From: Eledone cirrhosa
Lineage: Eukaryota
Direction of reading: 5' to 3'
Assembly: GCA_964016885.1 (NCBI GenBank)
Contig: OZ024742.1
Span: forward strand, 87,792,001 to 87,856,000
Length of the DNA stretch: 64,000 nt
The position numbers and the translations under genes are program-made. This document shows, piece after piece, positions 12,511 to 24,424 of this stretch; position 1 is the stretch's first letter; each line of letters starts with the position of its first letter. Below the pieces are notes generated by a model. The model made no database searches. It was not told where the DNA came from and saw nothing but the letters and a program-made list of their open reading frames with translations.

Positions 12511-12520
<10 letters not shown>
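10018..12520 (-). mobile_element. Non-autonomous Helitron
   Basis: 3' terminus on minus strand: hairpin acccgg-gcaacg-ccgggt (10029-10046) then CTAG (10018-10021) followed by T; 5' region ...gtttcatgaacattggatgaacggtgtag...cttccctttatatata resembles Lep1-type Helitron ends; exact 5' TC is lost in (TA)n; no Rep/helicase ORF. Confidence 0.75.
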
Positions 12521-12592
<72 letters not shown>

Positions 12593-12950
12593 ATATACAT
12601 ATATATAAAAAATAAAAAATATAAAATATATTAAAAATATACATATAACGGCACATCAAGATACACAGTGTGCTATACATTAAAGTGTGTGCACAGTTTT
12701 ATGTGTCTATAGAGATGTTGGTACGTTGCGAACATGGATCAAACCACGTATGAAATGTTCACGCAAAGCCACATAATGGGCGTTCATGGTATTACAGTAC
12801 ATTGTATGCGCAGACCGTACAAAGAAAAATTCGTGAAGAACATATATAAAAAAAGAAGGAACGTGTATGCTTATGAGATAGTACACAAGACAAGTATGAG
12901 ATACTCACGTGGGTCTGTATACGGAAAATACATAATGTATTTTCCATTAC

Positions 12951-13256
12951 ACATCAGTAATTCATTGAAGTGTAGCAGATATGGGACAGCGGAATGATAA
13001 CTGTAGTCAGTATTATGATGACGTAGACAACAAGCGGCCAATGACTGGACGCGCGAAGTGGATGTAGTTTTTGACGGTACTGACCACAGTGAAAGAATAT
13101 GCTCTGAAATCATTAGACTTGTCAGTCGAACCTGCGAGTCCAGAATCAAACAGATCCACACAATGATCGCGTATCAAGATGTCCGCTGGCGAAAGAATTT
13201 TAACACAAAATGAATTGAGTTAAGATGCATCTTTGATTTTTCGTTTTATATTATAT
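12951..13256 (+). repeat. Dispersed repeat family E, copy 2
   Basis: Homologous (inverted) to 8964-9266. Confidence 0.7.
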
Positions 13257-13343
13257 CATACACTGCTCTGTAAGAGCATAGACTGCTCAACCGGCATACC
13301 GCCTATGGATGCATCTTAGCTACCACCAGAAACACACACACAT

Positions 13344-13430
<87 letters not shown>

Positions 13431-13563
13431 CAACCAGCCTACTCGCCGTCAGGTACCAATCACAAGCTTTCTAACTTGACCACTGGCCATGTGTCAATTC
13501 TTAGCCATTTTGAATTCGTTTCTGGCGAGTATCATTTAAGGAAAATCTTTGTCCACTTGAGTT

Positions 13564-13648
13564 TGTTTCCTGATGATTTCGAAACTCGTTGATTCATCCA
13601 TGATCGTATATTTCCAAAATGCGAATGAAACCACCGGAGGTAGAAACA
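13564..13648 (+). ncRNA. Type I HHR with enlarged stem/loop II (family C)
   Basis: TGTTTC-CTGATGA-TTTCG[40 nt]CGAAT-GAAA-CCACCGGAGG-TA-GAAACA. Confidence 0.75.
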
Positions 13649-14260
13649 TAACTTTGGTATGTTTATGTACATTTGTTCTTCTAACTTTGATTTTGTACCT
13701 AATTGTGTATGGTTAGCTATATTTCTAGTCAATTTCTACGGGCTAGGTAAATATTCTGCGGCTGCGGATCACGGATATAATAGCTATCATTTATTTATCT
13801 ATAGTTTCTTCATAGCTACATTTTAAACTCATAGCCTCGTTTAATTGATTGTTTATGTGGTTGATTATGCTGATTGGGAGAAGAAATGCTGTATATATTG
13901 TATCAAATGATTCTATGGACTTACTGTCTTATATATTGCTCTGGTTGTTGATTATTTAATTAACTAATTATTCATTGAGCCACACCGTGAATGGTTTCCA
14001 AAACATATATATATGTATATATATATATATATGGCTCTGGCTAGTTTATACATATGTAAATCTTTATATTTAATATACTCCCGAAGGTTGAGTAAATCTT
14101 TACGCATTATTAGGCTGCGCTTTCTAGCAACCACCCTACTTTCCGTCAGGCACCAATCACATGGTTTCTGACTTTACCACTGGTCATGTGACAATTCTTA
14201 GCCATTTTGAATTCATTTCTGGCGGGGATCATTTAAGAAACATCTTTGTCCAATTGAGTT

Positions 14261-14343
14261 TGTTTCCTGATGATTTCGAAACTCGTTGATTTATCCATGA
14301 TCGGATATTTCCAAAAAGCGAATGAAACTCAGGGATAGAAACA
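14261..14343 (+). ncRNA. Type I HHR, second unit of family C (stem III decayed)
   Basis: TGTTTC-CTGATGA-TTTCG...CGAAT-GAAA-CTCAGGGA-TA-GAAACA. Confidence 0.65.
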
Positions 14344-14634
14344 TAATTTTCGTATGTTTATGTATATTTTTTCTTGGAACTTTTATTTTGTACCTAATTG
14401 TGTATGGTTAGCTATATGGCTAGTCAATTTCTACGGGCTATTAGAAATACTAGTTAAATCTACTGTGGTTGTGGATCGCAGATAAGATAGCTATCAGTCA
14501 TTTATCTATTGTTTATTCATAGGTACATTTTAATCTGATAGCCTCATTTAATTGATTTTTGATGTGGTTGATTATGCTGATTGGGAGAAGAAATACTGTA
14601 TATATTATATCAAATTACTCTATGGACTTACTTT

Positions 14635-14729
<95 letters not shown>

Positions 14730-14737
14730 ATGTATAT

Positions 14738-14806
<69 letters not shown>

Positions 14807-14915
14807 AGTATGTTTGTGTATATATATATATAAGTATGCATACATACATACATATATGTCTACAGACGTATAGTAGTATGTATATATATACATACAACAC
14901 ATATATATATATGTG

Positions 14916-15115
14916 TACGTATGGGTTTGCCGTTAATAGGCATAAGGAAAGTATACGATGCTGACGATAGCTAATAAGCTTGAAACTAGTATATCGTTCT
15001 TGAGTCAGTGTTGAAAAAAAAGGCGATGATGGTTGCCGAACACTGTATGGCATAATTCGAGCTGTTTGTTTACAAACAAACCGAACATTATAATAATTGT
15101 TCGGTAAACCCATAC

Positions 15116-15118
<3 letters not shown>
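14916..15118 (+). mobile_element. Short PLE-type 3' end with HHR and 17-bp inverted terminus, fused to (TA)n
   Basis: tacgtatgggtttgccg at left vs cggtaaacccatacgta at right; the same 3' end recurs at 19133-19153. Confidence 0.75.
14955..14997 (+). ncRNA. Minimal type I HHR (canonical core)
   Basis: ACGATG-CTGACGA-T AGCT AATA AGCT T-GAAA-CTAG-TA-TATCGT; palindromic stem III actagt. Confidence 0.85.
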
Positions 15119-15185
<67 letters not shown>

Positions 15186-15353
15186 ATACTTTGGGAGGGT
15201 CATGTTGCCAATAAGAAACACACGCACCAGTTGCTTTCACTTCAATTTATTATATATTTATAAATTAATAAATTTACAAATCTACAAATTTACAAACCTG
15301 TAAGTTTCTCGTTGGTTGGTAGGTTCCACAACCAGATAGTTGTTTATATATAT

Positions 15354-15398
15354 AGTCATAGTCCTTTCGTCACACACTATGTGACCTCTTCAGTGACT
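15354..15398 (-). ncRNA. Minimal type I HHR in pLTR
   Basis: Minus strand: AGTCA-CTGAAGA-G GTCACA TAGTG TGTGAC-GAAA-GGAC-TA-TGACT. Confidence 0.85.
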
Positions 15399-15701
15399 GG
15401 GGATTCCTTTCTTCGTTTCTGTGCCTTTCCTTTCTTCTTTCCTACGCCATTTTGTTTCTGTGTGTGTGTTGTGTGCTCAGTTTGCGCATGCGCCACATCC
15501 GGGTGTCTGTGTGTGTTTGTGTTCATTTTTCTATTTTTCTATTAATATTTTTCTATTTGTTTATTTATTTATTTATTGTTGGTTGGTTGTTTGTTCTATG
15601 TGTGTGTGTGCTTTCATTTTGTCCTGTGTGTGTTTTCATTTTGTGTGTGTTTTCAATTGTAAGTTGTTTGTTCTATGTGTGTGTGTGTTTTCATTTTGTC
15701 C

Positions 15702-16364
15702 TTAATTGTAAGTTGTGATGTTGCTGTTCCACTCATATTTTCTATTTAATTTTGGTTTTAATTCTTTTATGCTTACTGCCTCTGTAATTTGCCTAAACAT
15801 TGCGTCTTTTCTGTGTGTGGATTCTATTTTTATTTCTATGCTCTCTAATCTACCCCTGTGTTCTATCTTAGCATGTTGGTAGAGCACAGATGATTCTTTA
15901 TTATCTTGGAGGTCTCGCCAGTGTTCATTTATTCGTTCCCCTATACTACGAGCTGTCTCACCTATGTACACTATATTTTTATTTCTACATTGTCCTTCAG
16001 TACATCTTATGCTATACACTACATTTCTAGTTTTACAGTTAATATGGGGGCTTATTTTACAGATTATACATTTCTTATCTATACATGAGGGTCTTTGGAA
16101 CGGGTATGTCTTGCTCATAAGTGTTTTTACGGAGGTACCAGGTCTTTCTACTATCTTAATATTGAGATTATGTTTATTTAGGGCCCTTCTAAATTTGTAG
16201 GCTAGTTCGCCTCTAGGGGTTGTATTGATGAACATTACACTCTGGTATTTATTGCTATCATACCATGAGTTTATTCTATTGGCCTTGTTCCTAGTTCCTT
16301 CTATTCTATTCCAAAATTTGCTCCTATACAAGGGGCAGGACCCATTTATGTCATTATTTACCAT
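15702..16364 (-). pseudogene. PLE Cys-rich linker and GIY-YIG endonuclease
   Basis: CIDKKCIIC...CKTRNVVYSIRC...C...VYIGETARSIGERINEH...SVLYQH...RQITEAVSI...LNRKYEW; out of frame with the RT. Confidence 0.9.
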
Positions 16365-17676
16365 TTTTTTCCCATTTGGTTCTGGCTCCTTTATACACTC
16401 TGATTCTATCTCTCTGATTGTAGCCAGAGACCTGCATACGGTGGATGAAGTGTTGTATGTGTCTCTCTAGTTCTTCGGGGTTGCACATGCGGGACACATT
16501 TCTCATCACCCGTACCAAATCCGCAATCAGTATGTTGATGTTGGTATGGTCCGAAATGGCCGAGTTTCTGTGGATCAGATGTTTGGAAGTCATGGGTTTG
16601 GCATAATGGGAATGGAGGATTTGTTTTTGGTTGTTAATGGTATCTAACCAGAGCTCTGTGTCTAGTACAGGTAATCGATGGTTGGGGTGTCTACTTGGGT
16701 AGTCTATAGTAACTCTAATGCTCTGGTGGAAGGAGTTTGCTATTTGATGGATGCTTTCCATTGTGTTTTTCTCTAGTTCCTGACTGTTCTTTAGTGGGGG
16801 TGTCTTAACTACGATGTTTATATCATCTACGTAGCGGGAGTACATTATCAGGGTTAAGCTGTCTTCTAATTGTTCATTAAGTTTTTGTTTACGTCTACTG
16901 ACCCACCATACTATGAATAAGTTAGCTATGTCGCCTGCAATGCTAACACCAATGGCTGCTCCTTCCTCTTGGGCATATGTTTTACCATTAAATTTGAACA
17001 TATGTTCCTTAAGGGTTAATTTTATGCTGGCCCCTACCGCATGTGCAATCATTTTCTTCAGTTCATCGTGGTTTTCGGGTGTCCGTATGGCTCTGGTCCA
17101 CCCGTTCCATCTATCTGTGTGGGTTTTCTTGGCCATTGAGGTAATGGTAGGTGGTCTGCCTCTTGCTGGTCTTGTAGGGCACAGGTTGCTAAGGTCATAA
17201 GTGTCTAGGTAACTATTACTATGGGTAAGCTTAAGTAGAAGTCCCAGCTCACTGGTATCAATCCCACGGAACTCAACCTTGCTCTCGCTGATCATTTCGA
17301 CGCATTTCTCCATAGCAAAATCCACGTCAATAGATGGATACAGGGACACAACATCCATACTGCCTATTATGCAGTTTGTTAGGTCCCCAGATCGGTTACC
17401 CGCGCCGATTCTGCTGAGGAGGTCCTCCGTGCTGTCACACACATCTGGGGACATCTCAATGATGGGGCGTATGATCAGGGAGAGGAAGTAGGACAGTCTG
17501 TAGTTACTAGCAATGTTAGCACCACCGACTGGCCGTGTTGGTGGTCCCGCGACAGGGTCCCAGCCCGTTTTATGGTCTTTTCGAAGCCCATACAACGCCG
17601 GCACGTCATTGTTCCAGGCTTGGAAGTTGTTGGCAGTCCTTTTGTTGGGTTGCATTATATTCGTCCACATCACCAT
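16354..17676 (-). pseudogene. PLE reverse transcriptase and thumb
   Basis: PALYGLRKDHK, TRPV, GSMDVVSLYPSI, FNGKTYAQEEGAAIG, YSRYVDD, LPVLD, HYAKPM, SGY. Confidence 0.92.
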
Positions 17677-19150
17677 ATGGGCATTGAGGGCTTTTTCTCT
17701 ATCCTCATGCTCCTGTGGTGTTATCTCTCTTGTGTTAGTGATGTGGGGTTACATTGCCTGGATGTAGTTTGGCAGGCTGACAACCGACATTCTGTCAGAC
17801 TTGTCTGTTGGAAAACATGCTATCTCTCCATTACGCAAGCGCTGCATGAGCTTACGCAAACCATTTGCAGATTCTTCTCCCAGTTGCTGGGCCTCTATTC
17901 TATTATGCTTCTTGCTATACTGTTCTATAATATTTCTAAGTTCGGATTTAGCTATACTAAATTGTGCTTCTGTTTGTTCATCGACCTGCGACGGCAACTG
18001 CGTGCATTTGTTAAATGGCTAAGTCGTGGCGTGGACTCGTCGTAGGTCGAATGATTTATCGGAGGGGTTATAAAACGGAGAGTTCCAGGCTGCTGCTTTA
18101 TGTGTACTAGTGCTATTATTATTGTTAGTTGTGTTGTTTCTATTTCCACCAACAGCCTCAGTTTCATGGTTGTTTCTATGTCTCTCATAATTACTCCTGT
18201 CTCTTTCCACTGGCTCAATGTTGTTATCTACCCTATTTTGTGTGTCTGTGTGTTCGTCTTGGTTATTCTCTTTGTCCTTAGTCTCCCATCTCCTTTTCCT
18301 TTTAATCCTATTACTTTCTCTTATTTCTCTGATTTCTGTGCTACTGTCATTACTTGTTTTCTGTGTCTGTGTGTTTGTTAAGATTGTGGTGGTGGTGAGA
18401 GGCATTGAATGCGTGTGTGTTGTTGTTGTTGATGTGTGTTGCTGTTGATGTGTGTTGTTGTTGTCTCCGTGTGTGTGTGTTAGCGTTGTTGTGTGTGTTG
18501 TTATTGTTGTTTGTGTCTGTGTGTCTGTTGTTGTTGTATCCGGGTATGTTGCTATTGTTGTTGTTGTTGATGTGTGTGTTGTTGTTATTGTTGTCTCCGT
18601 GTGTGTTATCGTTGTTGTGTGTGTTGTTATTGTTGTTTGTGTCTGCGAGTCTGTTGTTGTTGTATCTGGGTATGTTGCTATTGCTGTTGTTGTATCTGGG
18701 TATGTTGCTATTGTTGTTGTTGTTGTTATTGTTGTTTGTGTATGTGTGTCTGTTGTTGTTGGGATGTGTGTTGTATATGTGTGTGCGTATATTGTTGCTT
18801 TTGTTTTTGATGCTCCAGCGTAGTTTTGTAAATGATTGTTCTATTTCTGACAGACAACTAATCATATTTACCTTCTTGAATGTCGCAAATTTGGGTGGCA
18901 GACGTAATACAGACATTTCATTATTATCTATTACCGTGTTTCCATAAATGTTGGTATTTTCGTTGTTGAACTCTTCAGATAATGAGGTGTCGGCCATGTT
19001 GATACCGTCAATTTTGTCGGGATATCTATTGGTATACTCTATAGTATCCCGATTTAGCTTTGACTGTTTAAGCCACTTTAATTTTCTGTTAAAGTGCTTA
19101 TCACATTCTTGAGTAAAGTACATTACTCAAACTGTTCGGTAAACCCATAC

Positions 19151-19207
<57 letters not shown>

Positions 19208-19351
19208 CTACTGTACGTTTGTACACATACATATATGTATGTACGTACACATAATTATATTTAGGTACCAGCCGCAGTATTAAGACTGGGAAATGAAACT
19301 TCGTTTCATTCTTCTCCATATATATAGATATATATATAGATATATATACGA

Positions 19352-20068
19352 GATTAACTAATGGAAACTATATTTATAAAACCATATTTATTTCATTATA
19401 CATATTTCAAGGATACCAAGTTAAATTATGGTATGCCTTCATCAGACAAAATACAATATATACCAGTTTTATAAATAAACATTGCCGTACCCTTTCAAAA
19501 TGCGACCGTTACTTTTGGAAGACATCAGGATAGTGGTTTGTTTATTTTAGTACTCGTAGTGTTAAGGATAAGTAAAAAGAAGGAGAGAGAGAGAGTAAAC
19601 GTGGAGAAAAAAAGGGAGAGATAAATAAAGAAAAAGAGGAAAGAAAAAAGAAAAAAAAAGAAAACAGAGGAGAACAACAGAGAGATATCAAACCACCAGA
19701 CAGAGAGAAAAAACTCAAGAGAGAGAAATATAGAGATAGAGAGAGGGGGAGAGAACGAAACCTTAGGTCATGACATATTAAGTTGAGTTAACAATTGAGA
19801 TGAAATTAATAAATGAAATTATAAATATTAATATTCATGAATGGAATATACGTATATAATATGAGAAATTAATCATTGTTTAATTATGATTAGATATCTA
19901 GTTTAAAAATTGAGATCAATATATAAAAAAATTGGAATTTAAACATCACAATATATATATATTGCTAGAGAAAATACCTATCGTATAACACGTACATACA
20001 GGGAAAGATACATAAATATATATATACACACACACTCAGAATATACACATTATATTTACTCCCGCATA
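19352..20068 (-). repeat. HHR-bearing repeat family D, copy 1
   Basis: Direct repeat of 20953-21670 (offset ~1600); HHR at 19391-19451 on minus strand followed by AATAAA. Confidence 0.8.
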
Positions 20069-20135
20069 TAATTTATACATACATAGCATAAGTGATTTTT
20101 TTTATTACTGCTATACATTCTTTGTGTTATTAAAT

Positions 20136-20852
20136 ATTATGAAGAGAGAAGAAACATTTAGATTATGCCACGAAACTACGTAGTCGAGGAATCTAGGAAC
20201 AGTTTAGGTATGATACATTTTATTACTAATTATATCTAAATGTTTCTTCTCTCTTCATAATGTATGTTTAACTCTGATACTGGTCCAGTCTAATTCAACC
20301 GGATTGGTCTGTCCCAGTCATTCATTGAGCAACATCGGTAAGGTTGGCACCATTAATTCACGGTTGGGTGTGGATGCATTCATGTATATGTGTGTGTCCG
20401 CATCTAGCTGTGTGTTTCTAAATATATTGTTAATAACTCCCACTGGTCGAGTAATCTTTGAAGTGTGGTGACTGCTGGAAAGCTGCCATTACTCATACTT
20501 CTCGTCCCCTTCACCACCTCTTCTACGGCTTCGATATAAATACCCCCTCTGCCTCCGTGGTATTTTCTGCGGGGTTATAAGAGGCTTAGCTCTGTTTCTC
20601 GACCGTTATATCGCGTGACTATCTCCCCCTCCGCCTTTTGGGATTCTTTCTCACGTCGTGTAGACGCGTTCTTGAAGCTAGTAAAATGAGGTATCCTCTT
20701 GATAAGTCGGCAGACCTCGCAAGGACTCTATATCTTTATGATGTATTGTTTTTGTTTATGCCACGAAAGTACGTTGTCGAGGAATCTAGGAACAGTTTAG
20801 GTATGATACATTTTATTACTAATTATATGTAAATGTTTCTTCTCTCTTCATA

Positions 20853-20855
<3 letters not shown>
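20136..20855 (+). mobile_element. Retrozyme-like family A, copy 1: ~1.17 units of 593 bp plus 27-bp inverted 5' piece
   Basis: 20165 aligns with 20758 (period 593); 20136-20162 is the reverse complement of the 3' end; ends cttcataatg+(TA)n. Confidence 0.85.
20694..20783 (+). ncRNA. Type I HHR, U3-A8 core variant (family A; stem III mutated in this copy)
   Basis: TCCTC-TTGATAA-GTCGGCA...TGCCAC-GAAA-GTACGTTG-TC-GAGGA. Confidence 0.65.
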
Positions 20856-20897
<42 letters not shown>

Positions 20898-20901
<4 letters not shown>

Positions 20902-21670
20902 AAAGTTCTATTTAAATTGTTGGGATAGAAGTATTTGGAGTAGATATACGGTATTAAGAAATGGAAACTATATTTATAAAACCATATTTATTTCATTATA
21001 CGTATTTCAAGGATACCAAGTTAAATTATGGTATGCCTTCATCAGACAAAATACAATATGTACCAGTTTTATAAATAAACATTGACGTACACTTTCAAAA
21101 TGCGACCGTTACTTTTGGAAGACATCACGATAGTGGTTTGTTTATATTAGTAATCGTAGTGTTAAGGATAAGTAAAAAGACGGAGAGAGAGAGAGAAAAC
21201 GTGGAAAAAAAAGCGAGAGCTAAATAAAGAAAAAGAGGGATGAAAAAAGAAAAAAAAGAAAACAGAGGAGAACAACAGAGAGATATCAAACCACCAGACA
21301 GAGAGAAAAAATGCAAGAGAGAGAAATATAGAGATATAGAGAGGGGAGAGAACGAACACCTTAAGTCATGTCATATTAAGTTGAGTTAATAAAAGTTGAG
21401 ATGAAATGAATAAATAAAATTAGAAATATTAATATTCATGAATGGAATATACGTATATAATATGAGAAATTAATCATTGTTTAATTATGATTAGATATTT
21501 AGTTTAAAAGTTGAGATCAATATATTAAAAATTGGAATTTAAACATCACAGAATATATATATTGCTAGAGAAATTACCTATCGTATAGCACGTGCATATA
21601 GGCAAAGATACATATATATATATATATATATACACACACTCAGAATATACACATTATATCCACTCCCGCA
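20898..21670 (-). repeat. HHR-bearing repeat family D, copy 2, 3' end fused to (TA)n
   Basis: Direct repeat of 19352-20068, extending to the (TA)n tract at 20856-20897. Confidence 0.8.
20991..21051 (-). ncRNA. Type I HHR (family D)
   Basis: Minus strand: TTTTGT-CTGATGA-AGGCATACCA...TGGTATCCTT-GAAA-TACGTA-TA-ATGAAA(TAAA); palindromic stem III; stem I weak with two G-U pairs. Confidence 0.7.
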
Positions 21671-22441
21671 TTCCAGGTAGTCACAGTCCTCGTTGCAGTT
21701 TGGTTGAATGATACTGACACGGTTGTTCGAATATTTGTTTCCTCTGTCTTGATATAGCCAAAGTTGATTCATTTAGGCCATGATGGCGAGCTACGGCCGC
21801 GTAAGTACGCCCTTCATTTAGCATATCCAACAGTTCAATGTTTCTTTGATTGTAAGAATATTCCTCTTACTTAAGCACAATACCAGAAGCTTAGAAGATG
21901 ATGCAGAACGTCGGCGTGGCGTTTGAGGGCTTGGATAATATGAAACACTATAAGCGAGCTTTTGACTGTTTTGAAAGTACAACCATCTGTCAAAGTGGTT
22001 TATTTAAAAAATATAAACATACATTAAACAGAAATGGGAGTGGTTAAGGACAATTATGCAGGTGAGTAAGCACGTGCATAAGCTATGAGAAGAGTAGAGG
22101 TTAGTTACAATAGGGGCAGGGGCAGTTGAGGTCAAACATGACTCAACCCATCAATCAACATGCCTAACACGGCCCACTCTTCTATCCGAGATGTACTGCC
22201 CAAGAGAATGAAAAGCAAGCTCTGATTGGTTGTCACACCTTCTTCAGCAAATAACGAGCCTTGTAAGAAAATATATTTGCGAAGTAACGAGGATGACCGC
22301 AATAAGAAAATAGATATATTCTAAAGAAAAATCCGCGATGTAGCGAAGTTTACACGGATAGAGAATTATATACGTTCCAAACAACTATCCGCGATGTAGC
22401 GGAGTGCGAAAAGTGAACCACAATATTGCGGCGGATTACTG
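21671..22441 (-). mobile_element. Tigger/pogo DNA transposon relic (5' TIR and CENP-B-type HTH start)
   Basis: TA-CAGTAATCCGCCGCAATATTGTGG terminus at 22418-22443; frameshifted minus-strand peptide ILTIKE/IELLDMLNEGRTYAAVARHHGLNEST/YIKTEETNIRTTV. Confidence 0.75.
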
Positions 22442-23027
22442 TATATATATACGGGTGTGTGTTAGTTTCAGTGTCTATTATCCTTCAAAACGTTTAACAT
22501 CATGAAAACCTTAATTCTGTGGAAATAATATCATGTGTGCTTCTGTGACTTATTACATTTCCATAAAAGAGACATTCTTTATTCGAAATCATCATGAAGA
22601 GACAATTTTAAATGAAGAAATGCTCTCTTTATTAACGTTTACCTTCATCCCGTAGCCGATAGTCATTTCGTGCCTTGTATTGTTTCCATATTATATTCAG
22701 TATAACATATTTTGCCGGTGGTACTTTGATATGATTATCGTCATTAATATCAGAAATTCCCAGGGAGTTGAAATGACAAAACTTTTAAATCCTCAAACAG
22801 AATGCAAGACGGTTTCATTTACAAAAGTTTCTATTCGTAATTGAAATCTCATTAACATCAACTGTGTCTTTCGTTCTTCCAATGTTGAAACCTAAAAATA
22901 TCTCAAGTATTGTGTCCAATATAATCTGCTGTACACTTACCACAAGTCTGATCTTGTGACGATATTAGACATCATCGTGTGGAATGATGCCATGCAAATA
23001 TATTGTGTGTCTGTGTACTGTTGACAT

Positions 23028-23207
23028 TTGGCAGTATCGGTAGAGGGTCGGACGCCATGCTTTCCAGCATAATTACGTCCCTTTACAATCTGAGTTCAAA
23101 TCCTGCCGAGGTTGACTTTGCCTTTCATCCTTACGAGGTCGATAAAATAAAGTACCAGTAATGCACTGGTTAATTGCTGGCCTTGTGCCTAAAGTAGAAA
23201 CAATTAT
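23028..23207 (+). mobile_element. tRNA-derived SINE (OK-like), near full length
   Basis: A-box-like tggcagtatcggtag, B box gagttcaaatcc, conserved ctttcatccttacgaggtcgataaaataaagtaccag body. Confidence 0.9.
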
Positions 23208-23482
23208 ATTTCTTTCTGTGCTGAACTGACATTTCTTTGTTATATCTCGTCAGATTTTGCCGAAGTATATTATTTTCTTCTTTACAAATACTGTAATATA
23301 ATTCGTTCTTTTGCTTGTTTGTTGAAATAGTTACAGGCAAATATCTTGCATTGTCATCTTCTTATTGAAATGGAAATATAATTTTAAAAATTACTCTTAC
23401 TCATGCTATAAGCTTTCTTATGGAACGCAAGGCGAAATGCCAGAAACTTAACACCATTAATTTTCTAACACTATAAACACAA

Positions 23483-23585
23483 GCCGAGGTTAACTTTGCC
23501 TTTCATCCTTACGAGGTCGATAAAATAAAGTACCAGTAATGCACTGGGTAATTGCTGGCCTTGTGCCAGAAGTAGAAAAAAATTA
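23483..23585 (+). mobile_element. SINE (OK-like), 3' half
   Basis: Same body and tail as 23028-23207. Confidence 0.85.
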
Positions 23586-23788
23586 CAAACACACGCAAAT
23601 CAGATTACTCAATAGTTCCTGATGCGATAGTATTTATATTTTCAAATGACATTTAGACTATAATATATTTATAATATTATCTATATGCATGATTTCATCT
23701 ATAGTTTCTATTCATATTTTAAATCTCATTATAGTGCAAAATGTATGGCACATTCTAAAGAACTATATTTCTTTTATTTCAGGTATAT

Positions 23789-24424
23789 CTTAGTCTTAGA
23801 TTTTTCTGCGACGTTCGGCGCATCGAACAGTAAGTAGTCGCCCACGACCACGATCAGTGGCGGCTTTTTCGCGTCCGGGCCAAGTGATGCAGGCTGCCAT
23901 CTAGTCTGTTCGGAACATTCTTCGCTAGGTGATCCTGGGGCGACCCCAACTTCGTTTGCCACCAGGTGGAGTCCAGTTCATAACTGTCTTCAAGTGCTGT
24001 TCGTTGGACGGGTGCAGAATATGGCCAGCAAGCGGCACCGGCGCTGCGTGACCATCCTCCGTAGAGTTCACGACTCGGCTCCCAACAGGAATTTCTCGTT
24101 TCGCACTCGGTCACGCCAGGACACATGGATGATTATTCGAAACCACAGCTGGTGGAAAGCATTCAGTCTTCTCTCTAACGCTACTGTGCTCTCCCAGGTT
24201 TGGCTCGCGTAAAGCACTGCCGACAGCGCGATGCTCTTGTACAGGCGCAGCTTGATCCTAGTGCTGATACTTGAAGACGATCAGACCTGGCGCATCCGCT
24301 GGAAAATTGCGGTCCCTTTGATGATCCGACAGTTGATATCGAGCTCCACGTTGCCATTACTTGCCAGAAAGCTGCCCTGATAGGTGAATTGATCAACTTC
24401 TTCCAGGTCTATGCATCAAGGCAT
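23789..24424 (-). mobile_element. RTE-clade LINE 3' fragment
   Basis: Minus strand LEEVDQFTYQGS...DINCRI...ISTRIKLRLYKSIALSAVLYASQTW...RLNAFHQ...IHVSWRDRVRNE; stops and frameshifts. Confidence 0.8.

Larger units (their letters stand above)
13431..14637 (+). mobile_element. Retrozyme-like family C: ~1.7 head-to-tail units of ~697 bp, one HHR per unit, flanked by (TA)n
   Basis: 13431 aligns with 14128 and 13564 with 14261 (period 697); no credible ORF; ends at cttata+(TA)n. Confidence 0.75.
15181..19125 (-). mobile_element. Penelope-like retroelement (Neptune/Nematis-type), 5'-truncated, frameshifted
   Basis: Successive minus-strand ORFs 18350-19123, 17749-17997, 16354-17676 (RT), 15702-16364 (GIY-YIG), pLTR with HHR, 3' end fused to (TA)n. 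Confidence 0.9.

Noticed and set aside
20638-20832. Recurrent 64-aa ORF MGFFLTSCRRV... in all family A copies
   Set aside because: TTG start, no recognisable domain, and it overlaps the ribozyme; recurrence is explained by nucleotide identity of the repeat
19352-21670. Direct repeats as LTRs of a TRIM/LTR element
   Set aside because: No TG..CA termini, PBS, PPT or TSD; the interior is an independent family found elsewhere
23028-23105. A/B-box sequences as tRNA genes
   Set aside because: No cloverleaf; they are SINE heads attached to the same body in multiple copies
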